NCBI GenBank assembly: GCA_001724265.1 | Contig: MEDY01000163.1 | Span: 62,001-93,626 of the forward strand | DNA length: 31,626 bases | Direction: 5' to 3' | Source: Rhizaria sp. SCN 62-66 | Taxonomy: Eukaryota | Shown: positions 9,763-20,412 of the stretch, one piece after another | Numbering within the stretch: position 1 is the first letter of the stretch | How the letters are laid out: each line of letters opens with the position of its first letter | Program-made: the position numbers and the translations under genes | The notes under the pieces: generated by a model | What the model saw: only the letters and a program-made list of their open reading frames with translations | Told to the model about the DNA's origin: nothing | The model's database searches: none

Positions 9763-10503
9763 ATGCTGCGTTTGTCATCTCGTTTCACAGCGCCAGTGCG
9801 CTACGCCCTGCCTGCGCTGCCTTTTCCCGTCCGTTTATTCTCCACAGCGACGCCGACCGACGCCTCGACTCTTGCGCAGTCCGCTTCCGCCCCTGCGTCG
9901 CCCGCTGCAGCGCACAAGGACGCCGCCGCGTCCGCCGCGTCTGCTGAGGCTGCCGCGGCTGCCGCGGCCGCCAGCGGCTTCAGCGCGAGCCAGAACAACC
10001 CTGCCCCGGTGCAGCTTACGGGGCAGCAACAGTATGAGCTTAAGGTGCAGTATTACGCCGAGCAAGGTCCGTCACACCCAACACCAAAAGCTCTCAGCTC
10101 AATTTTACACCTTTCCCCTGCTCACTCTCTTTCACCACTCATATATTCCCTTATTGCGCTTGTTTTTGCTTTATCCCCAGAGCGACGCCTGGCGTCTGCG
10201 ATGGACCGCATGCGCAGCAGTTCTGGCACGATGGCGGGCGCCTACGCGGGCGCGGGCGGCGGCACGAGCGCGCTCACCCGCCGCCCCGGCCAGCGCAGCA
10301 AGGACGTTATGGCGCGCGTGCACGCCGCCATGGACTACAAGGCGCGCGTCACCGCTGTGCGCAAGGAGGAGGACGAGGCGCGCACGGCCAAGGAGACCGC
10401 CGAGGAGGAGGCGGCCGCGAACGCGACGCTGTTCGAGAAGGCCAGCGAGCGGGCCACCGACGCGTCGGGCAAGGCCAAGTCGTGGTTTAACAAGTTCTTT
10501 TGA
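9763..10503 (+). CDS. Hypothetical protein with predicted mitochondrial presequence, join(9763..10066,10181..10503), 208 aa
   Basis: The N-terminus MLRLSSRFTAPVRYALPALPFPVRLFST is Arg/Ser-rich, has no acidic residues, and contains an RxF|S cleavage-like motif. The GC-rich coding sequence is interrupted by a pyrimidine-rich GT..AG segment; splicing gives YYAEQ-E-RRL. The C-terminus is charged and helical. Confidence 0.75.
   Translation: MLRLSSRFTAPVRYALPALPFPVRLFSTATPTDASTLAQSASAPASPAAAHKDAAASAASAEAAAAAAAASGFSASQNNPAPVQLTGQQQYELKVQYYAEQGPSHPTPKALSSILHLSPAHSLSPLIYSLIALVFALSPERRLASAMDRMRSSSGTMAGAYAGAGGGTSALTRRPGQRSKDVMARVHAAMDYKARVTAVRKEEDEARTAKETAEEEAAANATLFEKASERATDASGKAKSWFNKFF
10067..10180 (+). 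other. Spliceosomal intron (114 nt, phase 1, length 3n, stop-free)
   Basis: G|GTCCGT donor and 'tgtttttgctttatccccAG' acceptor, with a sharp GC drop relative to the flanks. Confidence 0.8.
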
Positions 10504-10910
10504 ACTGAAGTCGGAACTAAAACATGATAACCACGTATATATTGACACAATAAAGTGGGCCATACGTTTTTATGTGGAAAACCCGTAATAGAGGCGAGAT
10601 ATACTCGTTTTAGTCTGCTGTGACTGTGGGCTTGTGCGCGACGTCGCTCTGCTGAACAGATCCGACTATCCGACCGAGTGGGGCAAGCACGCCAGCCAGA
10701 TTTTTTGAAATGCATAATCTCTGTCCCTTTAACATCAAGTGCGTTGAATTGACGATATTAGTGATTTAATTTTTACAGTATGCCCTTTTTTCTTTTTCTC
10801 ACCCCGATAACATGTTGGGAATGCTTCCAAATCTCACTCCTATCCACGTCGCTCCTTTCTCCGCTGCATGAACTTGCCCCCGCCTCACCGCTTCCAGGTA
10901 CACGCGCCCC

Positions 10911-13447
10911 ATGACGGCCCCGTCGTCGCAGTCGCGCGCCGCCCCCAACACCGCCGTGGGCTCCCCTGCCACGGGCGCCGCGCCCCAGAAGAAGCAGCCG
11001 AAGCGCTCTGGCGGCGGCTTCGGCCTGCTGACGGCGCTGACGGCCGCGGCCGCGATCGTGGCGGCCGTGCTGCTCAACGACGCCGTGCCCGACGCGCTGC
11101 TCACGCTCGCGGGCGGCAGCGCCGCGCCCGGCGGGCTGTTCCCGCGCGCGTTGCCCCCGCTGGAGGCCAGCTACCCCAAGGTGTTCCCCACGCACACCGT
11201 GGTTGGCGCTGTCGAGCGCGAGGAGTGGAACCCGTCCAAGCCGGTCGCGGCGCCGCTGCTCGCGGGCGGCAAGGCTAAGGTGCTCTCTAACACCTTCGTC
11301 AAGGACTGGGCCGCGATGAGCAAGTGGGATTTGTATTCCGCGTACTTCCCCGCGCGCCTGCCGCCCGTGCTGACGAACATCTACCGCGGCGCGACGCCCT
11401 ACTTCGGCCCGCTGTTCCGCCCCCACAAGCCCATGTACAAACAAGGCCCCAACGTCACCAAGTGGCACAACCCGCACGAGATTGTCCACATGGACACCAA
11501 GACGTTCTTCAACCGCGTCTCGGGTCGCGTGCCCCCGACCGAGCCCGAGGATGGGAAGCGCACATGGCTCTACTACACCGGCGACCTCAACGCGCCCTTC
11601 CTCTCCAAGTACGTTCATCAAAACACGACGCATCTCTCCTATTAAATGCTTATCGGGAAATGAGTATTCAATTTCCGTTTAATTTCGTATTATAAATCCG
11701 TTTGTAAAAGATTTCCATGCAGCAATCCAATCCAATCTAATATCATTTATTGCCTTTTTTTATTCTCGTTCTTACACTCTCTTGATATGTCAACAGGGAC
11801 CTTGAGCCGTGGCGCGAGCTGATCCCCCGCCCCGAGGGCCAGCGCATCAACGTCTGGGTCTCGGACAAGGGCGTGACGACGCACCTGCACATCGACGGCT
11901 TCGACAACTTCTTCGTGCAGATCCAGGGCACGAAGCGCATGCTTCTCTTCCCACCCGAGCAGAGCGTCAACTCGGGCTTCTACCCCTTCACGCACCCGTC
12001 CTTCGGCCAGTGCCACGCGCACCTCCCGGGCACGCCCACGGTTGCCAAGTACGCCAACGAGCCCTCGGCCTACGCGCCGCCTAACCGGGCCTTGCTCGCC
12101 GTCGCGCGCGCCGTCAAGGCCGCCTCGCTGGCCGCCAAGCGACAGGTCCGCCTGCTCCAGACCGCAATCGGCGGCGCGGTGAGCAAGGCGCTGGCGGCGC
12201 TGAACCTCGACGCTGCGGCGAGCGCGGACCCGGCCACGCGCGCCGCCGCGGCTGCCGCCAAGGCTACCGCGACAGGCGCCACCGCCAAGGACGCCGAGGA
12301 GGCGAGCGCGGAGGAGAGCTTCCTGAGCGACATGACCGCGCCCTACGAGCCCATTTACCGCACGCCCAAGTGCAACCTGACCGACACGACGTACCCCTCT
12401 GCGGCAACGAGCCAGACGATGGCGGGCGAGGCGGCGCGCATCCCGGCTGCGAAGCACCTGCAGGGCTACGAGGTGCTGCTCAACCCCGGGGACCTACTCT
12501 ACATCCCGCCCAACTGGATGCACTACGTCGAGACGCTTACCCCCTCCATCTCGGTCAACTTCTGGACGCAGGTATGTCAGGGCGCTTGCGCATCCATCGT
12601 AAACAACAGGATTGGACTGCTATAATAACATTGAATGCCTCTTCATTTCACTGAGCTCACTTTTTGCTGTGATATCATCTTTTGTTCTTTTGCTGTTCGT
12701 TTGTTCCCTCTACAGGCGCGCTCGCAGCCGCGCTACGACGCGGCGATCCGACTGGTTGTGAGCCACGCTGTGCACGACTGGACGCTGAGCCAGAAGCGTT
12801 TCGCCGTCGCGCTCATCCTCAACGGGCTCCTCACTGAGCCCAAGATCTCGGCCGCCTTCCCCGTGCTGGGCAAGACGGACGTCGCGCGCGCCAACAAGAA
12901 GTTCGCCTCGCACGGGACCAACATCGTCGACTTCGACGCCGACGACGAGGACAGCGACACGGTCGTCAAGCGCTTCATCAAGCAGCACGTGCTGTCTCGC
13001 TTCGAGCCTCTCATTGCCAACGGCGAGGCCGCGATTAAGGCCGCCACGCTCGACGACTGCGGCTTCGACTCCGAGCTCTCGATGCCCGAGTCCAACGCGC
13101 GGTCGCACGCGCAGCTGCTGCAGCTCGTCGGGCTGATTCCCGCTGAGGCCGCCGCCGAAGCCATGGCGCAGGCCGAGCTTGAGGACGCCGGCTTCGACGA
13201 GAATGGCCGCCGCATCAACCCCAACAGCGACGCCAAGATCACCATGGACAAGGTCTACCGCGGGCTGGGCGAGCTGGCCGTCAAGATCGCCAAGGAGTTC
13301 GTCCAGGTGCCTGCCCGCGAGCGCCATGTGTGGGTGGGCAACTTCGCCGAGTCTCTGGCCTACTGGGCGTCGGACCCCGCGGGCGAGCAGACGGCCACCG
13401 TGCTCCACTGCCTCGCCAACTTCAAGGTCGACGTCTCGCGCAACTGA
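10911..13447 (+). CDS. JmjC/Cupin_8 family Fe(II)/2-oxoglutarate oxygenase, join(10911..11608,11797..12571,12716..13447), 734 aa
   Basis: The spliced frame is continuous. Motifs: '[36 protein letters not shown]' (HxD) and '[32 protein letters not shown]' (distal His). N-terminal hydrophobic segment [19 protein letters not shown]. Confidence 0.92.
11609..11796 (+). other. Intron 1 of the JmjC gene (188 nt, phase 2)
   Basis: AA|GTACGT ... pyrimidine tract ... caacAG|G. AT-rich; removal restores the frame (SK-DLEPW). Confidence 0.9.
12572..12715 (+). other. Intron 2 of the JmjC gene (144 nt, phase 0)
   Basis: CAG|GTATGT ... ttgttccctctacAG|GCG. Contains an in-frame stop; removal joins ORFs 11873 and 12635 in frame. 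Confidence 0.9.
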
Positions 13448-13836
13448 GCACGGAGCACTGAGCCAGATATGGACGAGAGCTTAGATTGCAAAGTGATGTC
13501 TTGTACGCAGTGCTACTAAGCTGAGCGCAAGTCAGTTTACCGTGAGGTAACGGGCCAAGTGCTTATCGGTCGAGTCGCAACAGCCTAGCTGTGTGGTGTT
13601 TTATTTTGATTTGTTTTGTTGTGTTAGTCACGTATGAGATGTGCTATATGACACTTATACTAACTTAAAATACTCACTTACATCCGTTTTTATTTTATCA
13701 CGAAGGTACTAACTACAATACGTCTAATTATATATCGACGATTTCTCTTCTATTTGTCACACTATGACAACTAGCAATACAAAAGATCGCGTCTATTTGT
13801 TTCAACAGTCCTCGACCACTTCTATGGAGGTATGAA

Positions 13837-13859
13837 GTCACATGTTTTAAACATGTGAC
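13837..13859. repeat. Inverted repeat with 11-bp perfect arms and a 1-nt spacer
   Basis: gtcacatgttt-t-aaacatgtgac, intergenic between convergent genes. Confidence 0.85.
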
Positions 13860-14787
13860 CTTGGTGACAGTAGTACGTAGTACGGATTAAGCTCGCATTT
13901 GTCGTTTTTGCAACGTGCTAACGCACGAGAGACTTATCAGGCCAACTTAACACGATCACCTCTGTGTGTCTCAGTACAGTATCTAGGTGACGAGGTGTCA
14001 ACAAGCAAAATCCGGGTGATGTTCACGCGTTTATGAAGGATTTTAGAGTGGCTATTTATACTTACAGGTATGCATGTGAATTTTGAGTAGTATATAATAA
14101 AGCGGATTATTATATACTACTTTTGATTTTATGTCTGTTCATTTCAATTCAGCTACCTTGCGGAGTTCAAATCACTTTTACAATTAAGCAGCGTGACTGT
14201 TCAAATGCAAACTTGAGTTCATATATATTAATAACGATTGTTGTATGTAAGAATAGTATACGCCCGGGGCAAAATAGACAACTTTGAGCTTTGACACGAT
14301 AAAGCACACTCAAGCGATGCCGAGGTACATGTAAATAATATAAAACTTTCATTGTTATTGATAGTAGAGGTGCAGCCCTGTGGCTGATACCTAACTTCTG
14401 ATAACCTATTTTAATTTTCTAATAACAGCGTTTGTGTGGTGCATGCTATGAAAGCAGAATAGCAACGAGTCCTTATAACACACCAGAGTTGTGTCGTTTG
14501 AAGTTGCGAGGGCATAACAGTGAGCCGAACATGCAACACTCGCACCAAAGTGAGTGTTCGTTGTCCTCTTTGTTTAATCACTGCTCGCCAGAGCAAACAC
14601 AATGCTTGTTTGTGAGTCTATATCGGCCATGATAATTCAGCAATCAGCCACACGCTATGACTAAGACTGCAACTGCGTTCGTCACGACTATATGACTGAT
14701 TGGCAGTGATTGTGTGAATCCCTCAGAGCTCAGCAGCGACCCGCGCCACCCGTGAGCCTTGCGCGCGCTTGCCTGGCGCCGGCGCGC

Positions 14788-16546
14788 TTACTTGGTGCGC
14801 TTACGCGGGGCGAGGATGGGCCTGCCAGCAGACGACACCTTGCCCGCCGTGCCCAGGTTGAACCCCCCGGCCGCGGGGCCGCCGAAGGCCGGCGCGGCCG
14901 CCACGGGCCCACCGAAGGCCGGCACGGCGGCGGGGGCACCGAAGGACGCCGCGGGGGGCTGGCCGAACGTGGGCGCGGCGGCGCCGAAGGCCGGGGCGGG
15001 CTGCCCGAAGGTGGGGGGCTGGCCGAAGGCGGGGGCCTGCGCTGGGGCGCCGAACGTGGCCGCCCCCGCCTTCGGCCAGCAACCCCAGTTCGGCCAGGCC
15101 GCGCCCGCCTTCGGGCAGACCGCCCCGCCGCCGAACGCGGGCGCGGGGGTCTGGCCAAAGGTGGGCGCAGGCGCGGCCTGACCAAACGCAGAAGAGCCGC
15201 CGAAGCCGCTGGCGGCGGGGGGCGGGACGCCGAAGGCGGCGGGCTTGGCCTGGACTCCGAACGCGGGAGCCTGGGCCTGGGCCGGGGCGGGGACGCCAAA
15301 CGCGGGGGTGGCGGCGCCGAAGACGGGGGCCTGCGCGGGCGGGGGCACGCCGAAGCCCGTCGCGGGGGCGGGGGGGATGGCCTGGGGGGGAGCCGGCACG
15401 CCGAAGCCGTTCGGGGGCTTACCAAACGCAGAGGGGGCGGCGCCGAACGTAGGGGCCGCGGCCGGGGCACCGAACGTGGGTGTAGGGGCGGCGGCGGCGT
15501 TGGCGGCGTTGGCGGCCCCAAAGGTGAAGCCGGGCGTGGGGGCGGTGCCGAAGGTCGGCACGGCAGCGGCGGCGGGGGCGGGAGCGGTGGCAGGGGCACC
15601 GAAGGAGAAGGTGGCGGCCGGGGCGGCGGCAGCGGCGGCGGGGGGGGGGGGCTTGAGGCCGAACACGGGGGTCGCCGAGGCGCCCGCAGTGGCGGCCGCG
15701 GGGGGCACGCCGAAAGCCGGCGCGGAGGGAGCGGCGGGCGCGGCGGTGGCGGCGGTGGCGCCGAAGGAGAAGGTCGGGGCGGGGACAGGGACAGGAGCGG
15801 GGGCGGCGGCGGCGGGGGCGGGGGTGACGGGCTTGGCGGCGCCGAAGACGAAGCCCGCGGCGGGGGCAGTGCCGAACAGCGGCGCAGCAGCCGCTGGGGC
15901 CGCAGCCGCAGTGGCTGGGGCAGCGACGGGCGCGGTTGCGGTGGCGGCGCCTGGGGTGGCACCGGCGGCAGGGACGGGGCCGCCGACACCGAACTTAAAC
16001 GCGGCCACCACGGGGGGCTTGGGGGTCTCGGCGCCGCTGCTGGCGCTCGTCGCGAGCGCGGGCGCAGGCGTCGTCGTCGCAGTACCAGCAGCAGCACCAG
16101 CAGGGGCGGCGATGGTAGCGGCGGCGGTGCTGGGGGCAGCGAAAGAGAACTTAGGCGCGGCCGCAGCAGCGGGTGCGGCTGGAGCGGCAGCAGTCGCGGC
16201 GTCGGCGGGCTTGGGAGCGCCGAAGCTGAACTTTACAGCAGGTGCGCCGACAGCAGAAGGAGCAGCAGCAGGAGCAACAGCAGCAGCGGCGGCGGCGGCA
16301 CCAGCAGCGGCGGCGGCGCCAGCGGCGGGCTTCTCGGGGGTCGCAGGGCGGCGGATGGTGAAGGTGCGGGCGGGGGGCGCAGGCGAGTCGCTGTCACTGT
16401 CACTGCCGCCGCCGCTGCCGCCGGCGGCCTTGGCGGGCTTGCTGGGGGTGGTGCCGGCGGCGGAGGGGTTGAGAGAGGCGAGGCATGCAGAGTGCTCGAA
16501 CTCGTCCATGCCGTTCTTGCACACGGGACAGTTCTTCGGGCCGGCC

Positions 16547-16582
<36 letters not shown>

Positions 16583-19500
16583 GGCGCCGCAACAGCAGCG
16601 GCGGGGGCGGGCTTGGCGGCGCCGCCGCCGAAGGAGAACTTTGGGGCAGCAGCAGCAGCGCCGGGCGCGACAGCAGGGGCGGCGGCAGCGGTGGTGGAGC
16701 TGGAGCTGTCGGTGCTCGCGGCAACGGGCTTGGGGGCACCGAAGCTGAAGGCAGGCTTGGCGGGCGTCGCCGCGTCGCCCTCCTTGTCCTTGCTGGCACT
16801 CGCACTCGAGCTACCATTGGTCGCAACATTAGTCGTGGCAGTGGTAGTAATAGGTTTGGGGGTGGTGCCGGGGGCGAAGAACTTGAACGACGGCTTCGTC
16901 ACATCCCCGTCCATGTCGTTGTCCGCGCTACTTGCCGGCGTCGCGGTCGCGGCAGCAATGACAGTGGCGGGCTTGGCAGCGGGGGGCATGAAGCTGAACG
17001 ACGGCTGCTTCGCCGCAGGCTTGGGGCCGCCAAGCGCGACCTCCTCCTCGCTCTCCTCCCCGGCGCCCTTGCTCCCACCAGAGGCGGCGGCGCCGAAGGA
17101 GAAGCTGGGCATGGCGCGCTTCACCTGCGGCCCCGCCAGCCCTCCGCGCGCGCTCGCACTGCCAACGGGATCAGGGCTAGCGGCGGCGGCGGTCGCGGCG
17201 GTTGAGTTGTTATCCGCGGAGCGCTTGGCGACGGTGAAGAGCGACTTGGACGGCGGGGCGTCGCTGTCACTGTCAGCCCCCCCGGCGGCGGCGGCGCGGG
17301 CCTTGCCCGCCTCGCCGCACCAGCTGTGGTCGAAGTCCTCCAGCGAGTTCTTGCAGTCGGGGCACACGCCCGTCTTCTTCGGGGGCGAGTCGGGGATGTG
17401 CTTGATAGGCTTGTCGGGCAGCTGAAACTTGGGCTTGAAGCCGGCAGGGGCGGGGGCGGGGACAGCGGGGGCCGCGGCGGCGCCCGTGGTAGCGGGCTTG
17501 AGAGCGCCGAAGCTGAAGGCGGACTTGGCGGCGCTGGGGCTGGTGACGGCAGACTCGGCGGGCTTGGCCGCGGGGGCACCGAAGCTGAAGCTGGGCTTCG
17601 CAGCAGCGGCAGGGGCAGCGGCGGCGGGGGCGGCGGGAGACTTGTCGGCGGCGGCGGCGGCGGTGGCGGGGCGGGCGATGGTGAAGGTCTTCGGGGGAGG
17701 GATGTCGTCGTCGCTGGCACTGCCCGCACCAGCGGCAGCGCCGGCCTTAGCCGCAGCACCGGCGCCAGCGGCAGCGCCGGGCTTGGCGCCTGGCTTGCAC
17801 CAGCTGTGGTCGAAGTCCTCGAGGCTGTTTTGGCACACGGGGCAGTCGCCGACCTTTTTCGGCGAGTCGGGGATGTGCTTGATGGGCTTGTCAGGTAGCT
17901 GGAACTTGGGCTTGAAGCCAGGGGCAGCGGGGGCCGGGGCCGGGACAGAAGCCGTGGCGGTGGCGGGCTTGGCGGCGGGGACGCCGAAGCTGAAGGTAGG
18001 GGCCTTGGCGGCAGCAGCAGGAGCAGCGGTACTAGAAGCGGAGTCGGCGGGCTTGGGGGCGCCGAAGCTGAACTTTGGCACAGCGGCAGAGGCAGTCTCC
18101 GTCGCAGGCTTGGCAGCAGCAGCGGCGGCAGCGGGGGCGCCGAAGCTGAAGTTCGGCTTGGCTGCAGCAGCGCCAGCGCCGGCAGTCGCAGTCGCCGCGG
18201 CCGCCGTGGCCGCCGCGGCGACGGCAGCGGCGCTGCTGTTGCTGTTGCTGCCGGCGCCGGCGCTGGGCACGGCCTTGGCGAAGGTCTTGGGCGGGGGCAC
18301 GTCGTCGTCGTCGCTGCCGCTGAGGGCGAGGGCGTCGTCGTCGGAGCTGCCCGCGCCCGCCTTGCCGCAGCGGCTGTGATCGAAGTCCTCCAGCGAGGTC
18401 TTGCAGATGGCGCAGTCGCCGACCTTTTTGGGCGAGTCGGGGATGTGCTTGATCGGCTTGTCGGGCAGCTGGAACTTAGGCTTGAAGCCGGCCGGCGCCG
18501 GGGCGGGGGCGGGGGCGGCGGCCGCGGCGGGAGCGCTAGTGGGAGGCTTGGCGCCGAATGAGAACGCAGGCGCCGCAGCAGGGGCAGCAGCAGTAGTAGA
18601 GGCGGGCTTTGAGGCGCCGAAGACAAAGCCGGCGCCGGGGGCAGTACCGAACAGCGGCGCAGCAGCAGCGGGGGCCGCCGCAGCAGCAGCAGCCGCAGCG
18701 GCGGGAGCAGCGGCAGGAGAAGCGGCGCTGATCGCGACGGGCTTGAAGGTGTCCGAGCCCACGTCGACCTTGTCGCTCGCCTTACCAGCACTCGCACTCG
18801 AGCTCGCGGAGGCAACCGCGGCGGCAGTGGCAGCGGCGGCGCCCGCGATGCTTGTGCTGGTGTTGCCGACGCGCCCGAAGAGCGGCGCTGGCGCGGCGGG
18901 CAGGAGGAAACGCAGCGGCGTGCGCGCGGCCTTGGCCGAGACCAGCGGCGTCGACAGGCGCTCCAGCGACGACAGGATACGCTTCGCCGTGGACGATGCC
19001 GACGCCGACGCGGCGGCTGCGGGGGCGGCGGGATGGTTGGGGCTGGGGAGGGAAACGAGGGCGCCGGAGCTACCGTGGGAGCCGTGGGGGCCGGGGGTGG
19101 CGGTGGTGGTCTGGGGACGCGCGAACGAGCGACGACCGCCAGAGGAGCCGACGCCTCCGCTGCTGCCGCCGCTGGCGCTGTTGCGTGCGCGCGAGGGGGA
19201 GACGAAGGAGAAGGATTTGGGGTTGACCTGGAGGTTGGCGAAGACGGAGGCGCCGCCCGCGAAGGGCAGCAATAGACTAGCACCGCCCGTGGCCGCGTGG
19301 CGGTACACGATGGGCGTGTGCAGCGCCGCGCCGGGGCCCGAGCCGGCCGCGGTGGTCAGGCTCACGTCGCCGCCATCGGTCGCAGCGGCGTGGGAGCCGG
19401 CGGCGGGCAGGAAGCCCACGTGCGGATGGCGACGGCGCGAGCGCTGGGTGATCTCGCCCTCCTCCTCGCGCGCGTCGTCGTCGCCGTCGTTGTCGTCGCC

Positions 19501-19776
19501 GTGGGCGGCGCCGCCGTGCCCACCGTCGCCGGAGTCGAGGTCGAGGCGCGCGGGGGCGAACGAAGACTCGCGGGCGCGCTTGGGCCTGCTCCCGACAGCA
19601 GCGTTTGCGGTGGCAGGGCCGCCGGGCGTGCGGAGCGGCGGGAACAGCGAGGCGTACGTGGCCTGGGCCTTGGGCATCGGGGAGGGCGCGATGGGCGTTG
19701 CCGCCGCGGGGGCGGGCGCGCGGGCCACGGAACGCAGCGCTGCGTGCGAGTGGTGGAACGAGAAGGAACGGTCCAT
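14788..19776 (-). CDS. NUP153: Nuclear-basket FG nucleoporin, Nup153/Nup1/Nup136-like (1662 aa, single exon as seen)
   Basis: Many FSFG/FxFG and PAFG/PTFG repeats. 'STAKRILSSLERLSTPL' (~18943-18993) resembles the Nup153 N-terminal RILxSLEKMSSPL motif. The basic C-terminus 'GRPILAPRKRTK' resembles the Nup153/Nup1 tail. The gene symbol is inferred from these motifs. Confidence 0.82.
16483..18489 (-). repeat. Four copies of a C-x2-C-x8-H-x2-C module; three are preceded by GFKPKFQLPDKPIKHIPDSP
   Basis: CAICKTSLEDFDHSRC (18367-18414), CPVCQNSLEDFDHSWC (17797-17844), CPDCKNSLEDFDHSWC (17317-17364), CPVCKNGMDEFEHSAC (16483-16530). Confidence 0.9.
16547..16581 (-). repeat. (GCT)n coding microsatellite encoding poly-Ala in the nucleoporin
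   Basis: Run of about 11 gca units on the + strand. Confidence 0.85.
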
Positions 19777-20389
19777 CAGAGAAGCAGGAGTGACGCAGCG
19801 GTTGCTGTCGTGTGTGATGTCTTTCTTTCTTTGCTTTGTGCGCGGGTAGTAGACGCGCAGAAAGAGGGCGCGGAGACGCGGGTGTGGTTGAAAGAGTGAG
19901 GGAGTTTACAGCGCCTACTCGGGCGAGCGCTAAAGTAAAGGCATGAGTGACAGATGCGGGCAATGAGGAAGATTGGTGGAGGGCGGTTGGGACGTGAGCA
20001 AGAGTAGGACGAGGGATGCAATGTTCACGCACAACACTGTCACTAATTGAGTTTGAGTCAGATGATAAGATACTAACAAGCACAAATTATTCTAAAATAG
20101 CAAAATAATTTCAATTGGCGTTTGAATAATAGCACCAGACACTTCGCTAGATCAGCTCAGCGAGCCGCTGCGACTGCGGTTGGGAGGTGACCGTGCGCAC
20201 CGCCAGCCGTCTGGGTCGAAAAATAGTCACCGTCCACGAAGTGTCGAGCAACAAAAAAATATATCAGTTACACATAATTAAGGCAAATCAAGATTCCATA
20301 AAAGAATAACCCATCTTAGCTCATTGTGTATGCATAGCTATTTGTATTAATTCTCCAGAGTCGTATCTAAAAGTCTCGCACAGTGTGCA

Positions 20390-20412
20390 AAGATAAGAGC
20401 ACCTCTTATCTT
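20390..20412. repeat. Hairpin with a 10-bp perfect stem and 3-nt loop
   Basis: aagataagag-cac-ctcttatctt, extendable with tgc/gca after one mismatch. Confidence 0.8.

Noticed and set aside
17317-18489. Three ~125-bp near-identical DNA repeats considered as CRISPR-like or mobile-element repeats
   Set aside because: They are in-frame protein repeats with mostly synonymous differences and irregular coding spacers in a eukaryotic gene.
14710-19849. Long overlapping ORFs (831, 726, 720, 482, 455 aa) across the nucleoporin
   Set aside because: Alternative-frame or antisense shadows of GC-rich low-complexity coding sequence. Only the short FG-reading stretch at 15059-15126 is meaningful and is reported as an inversion.
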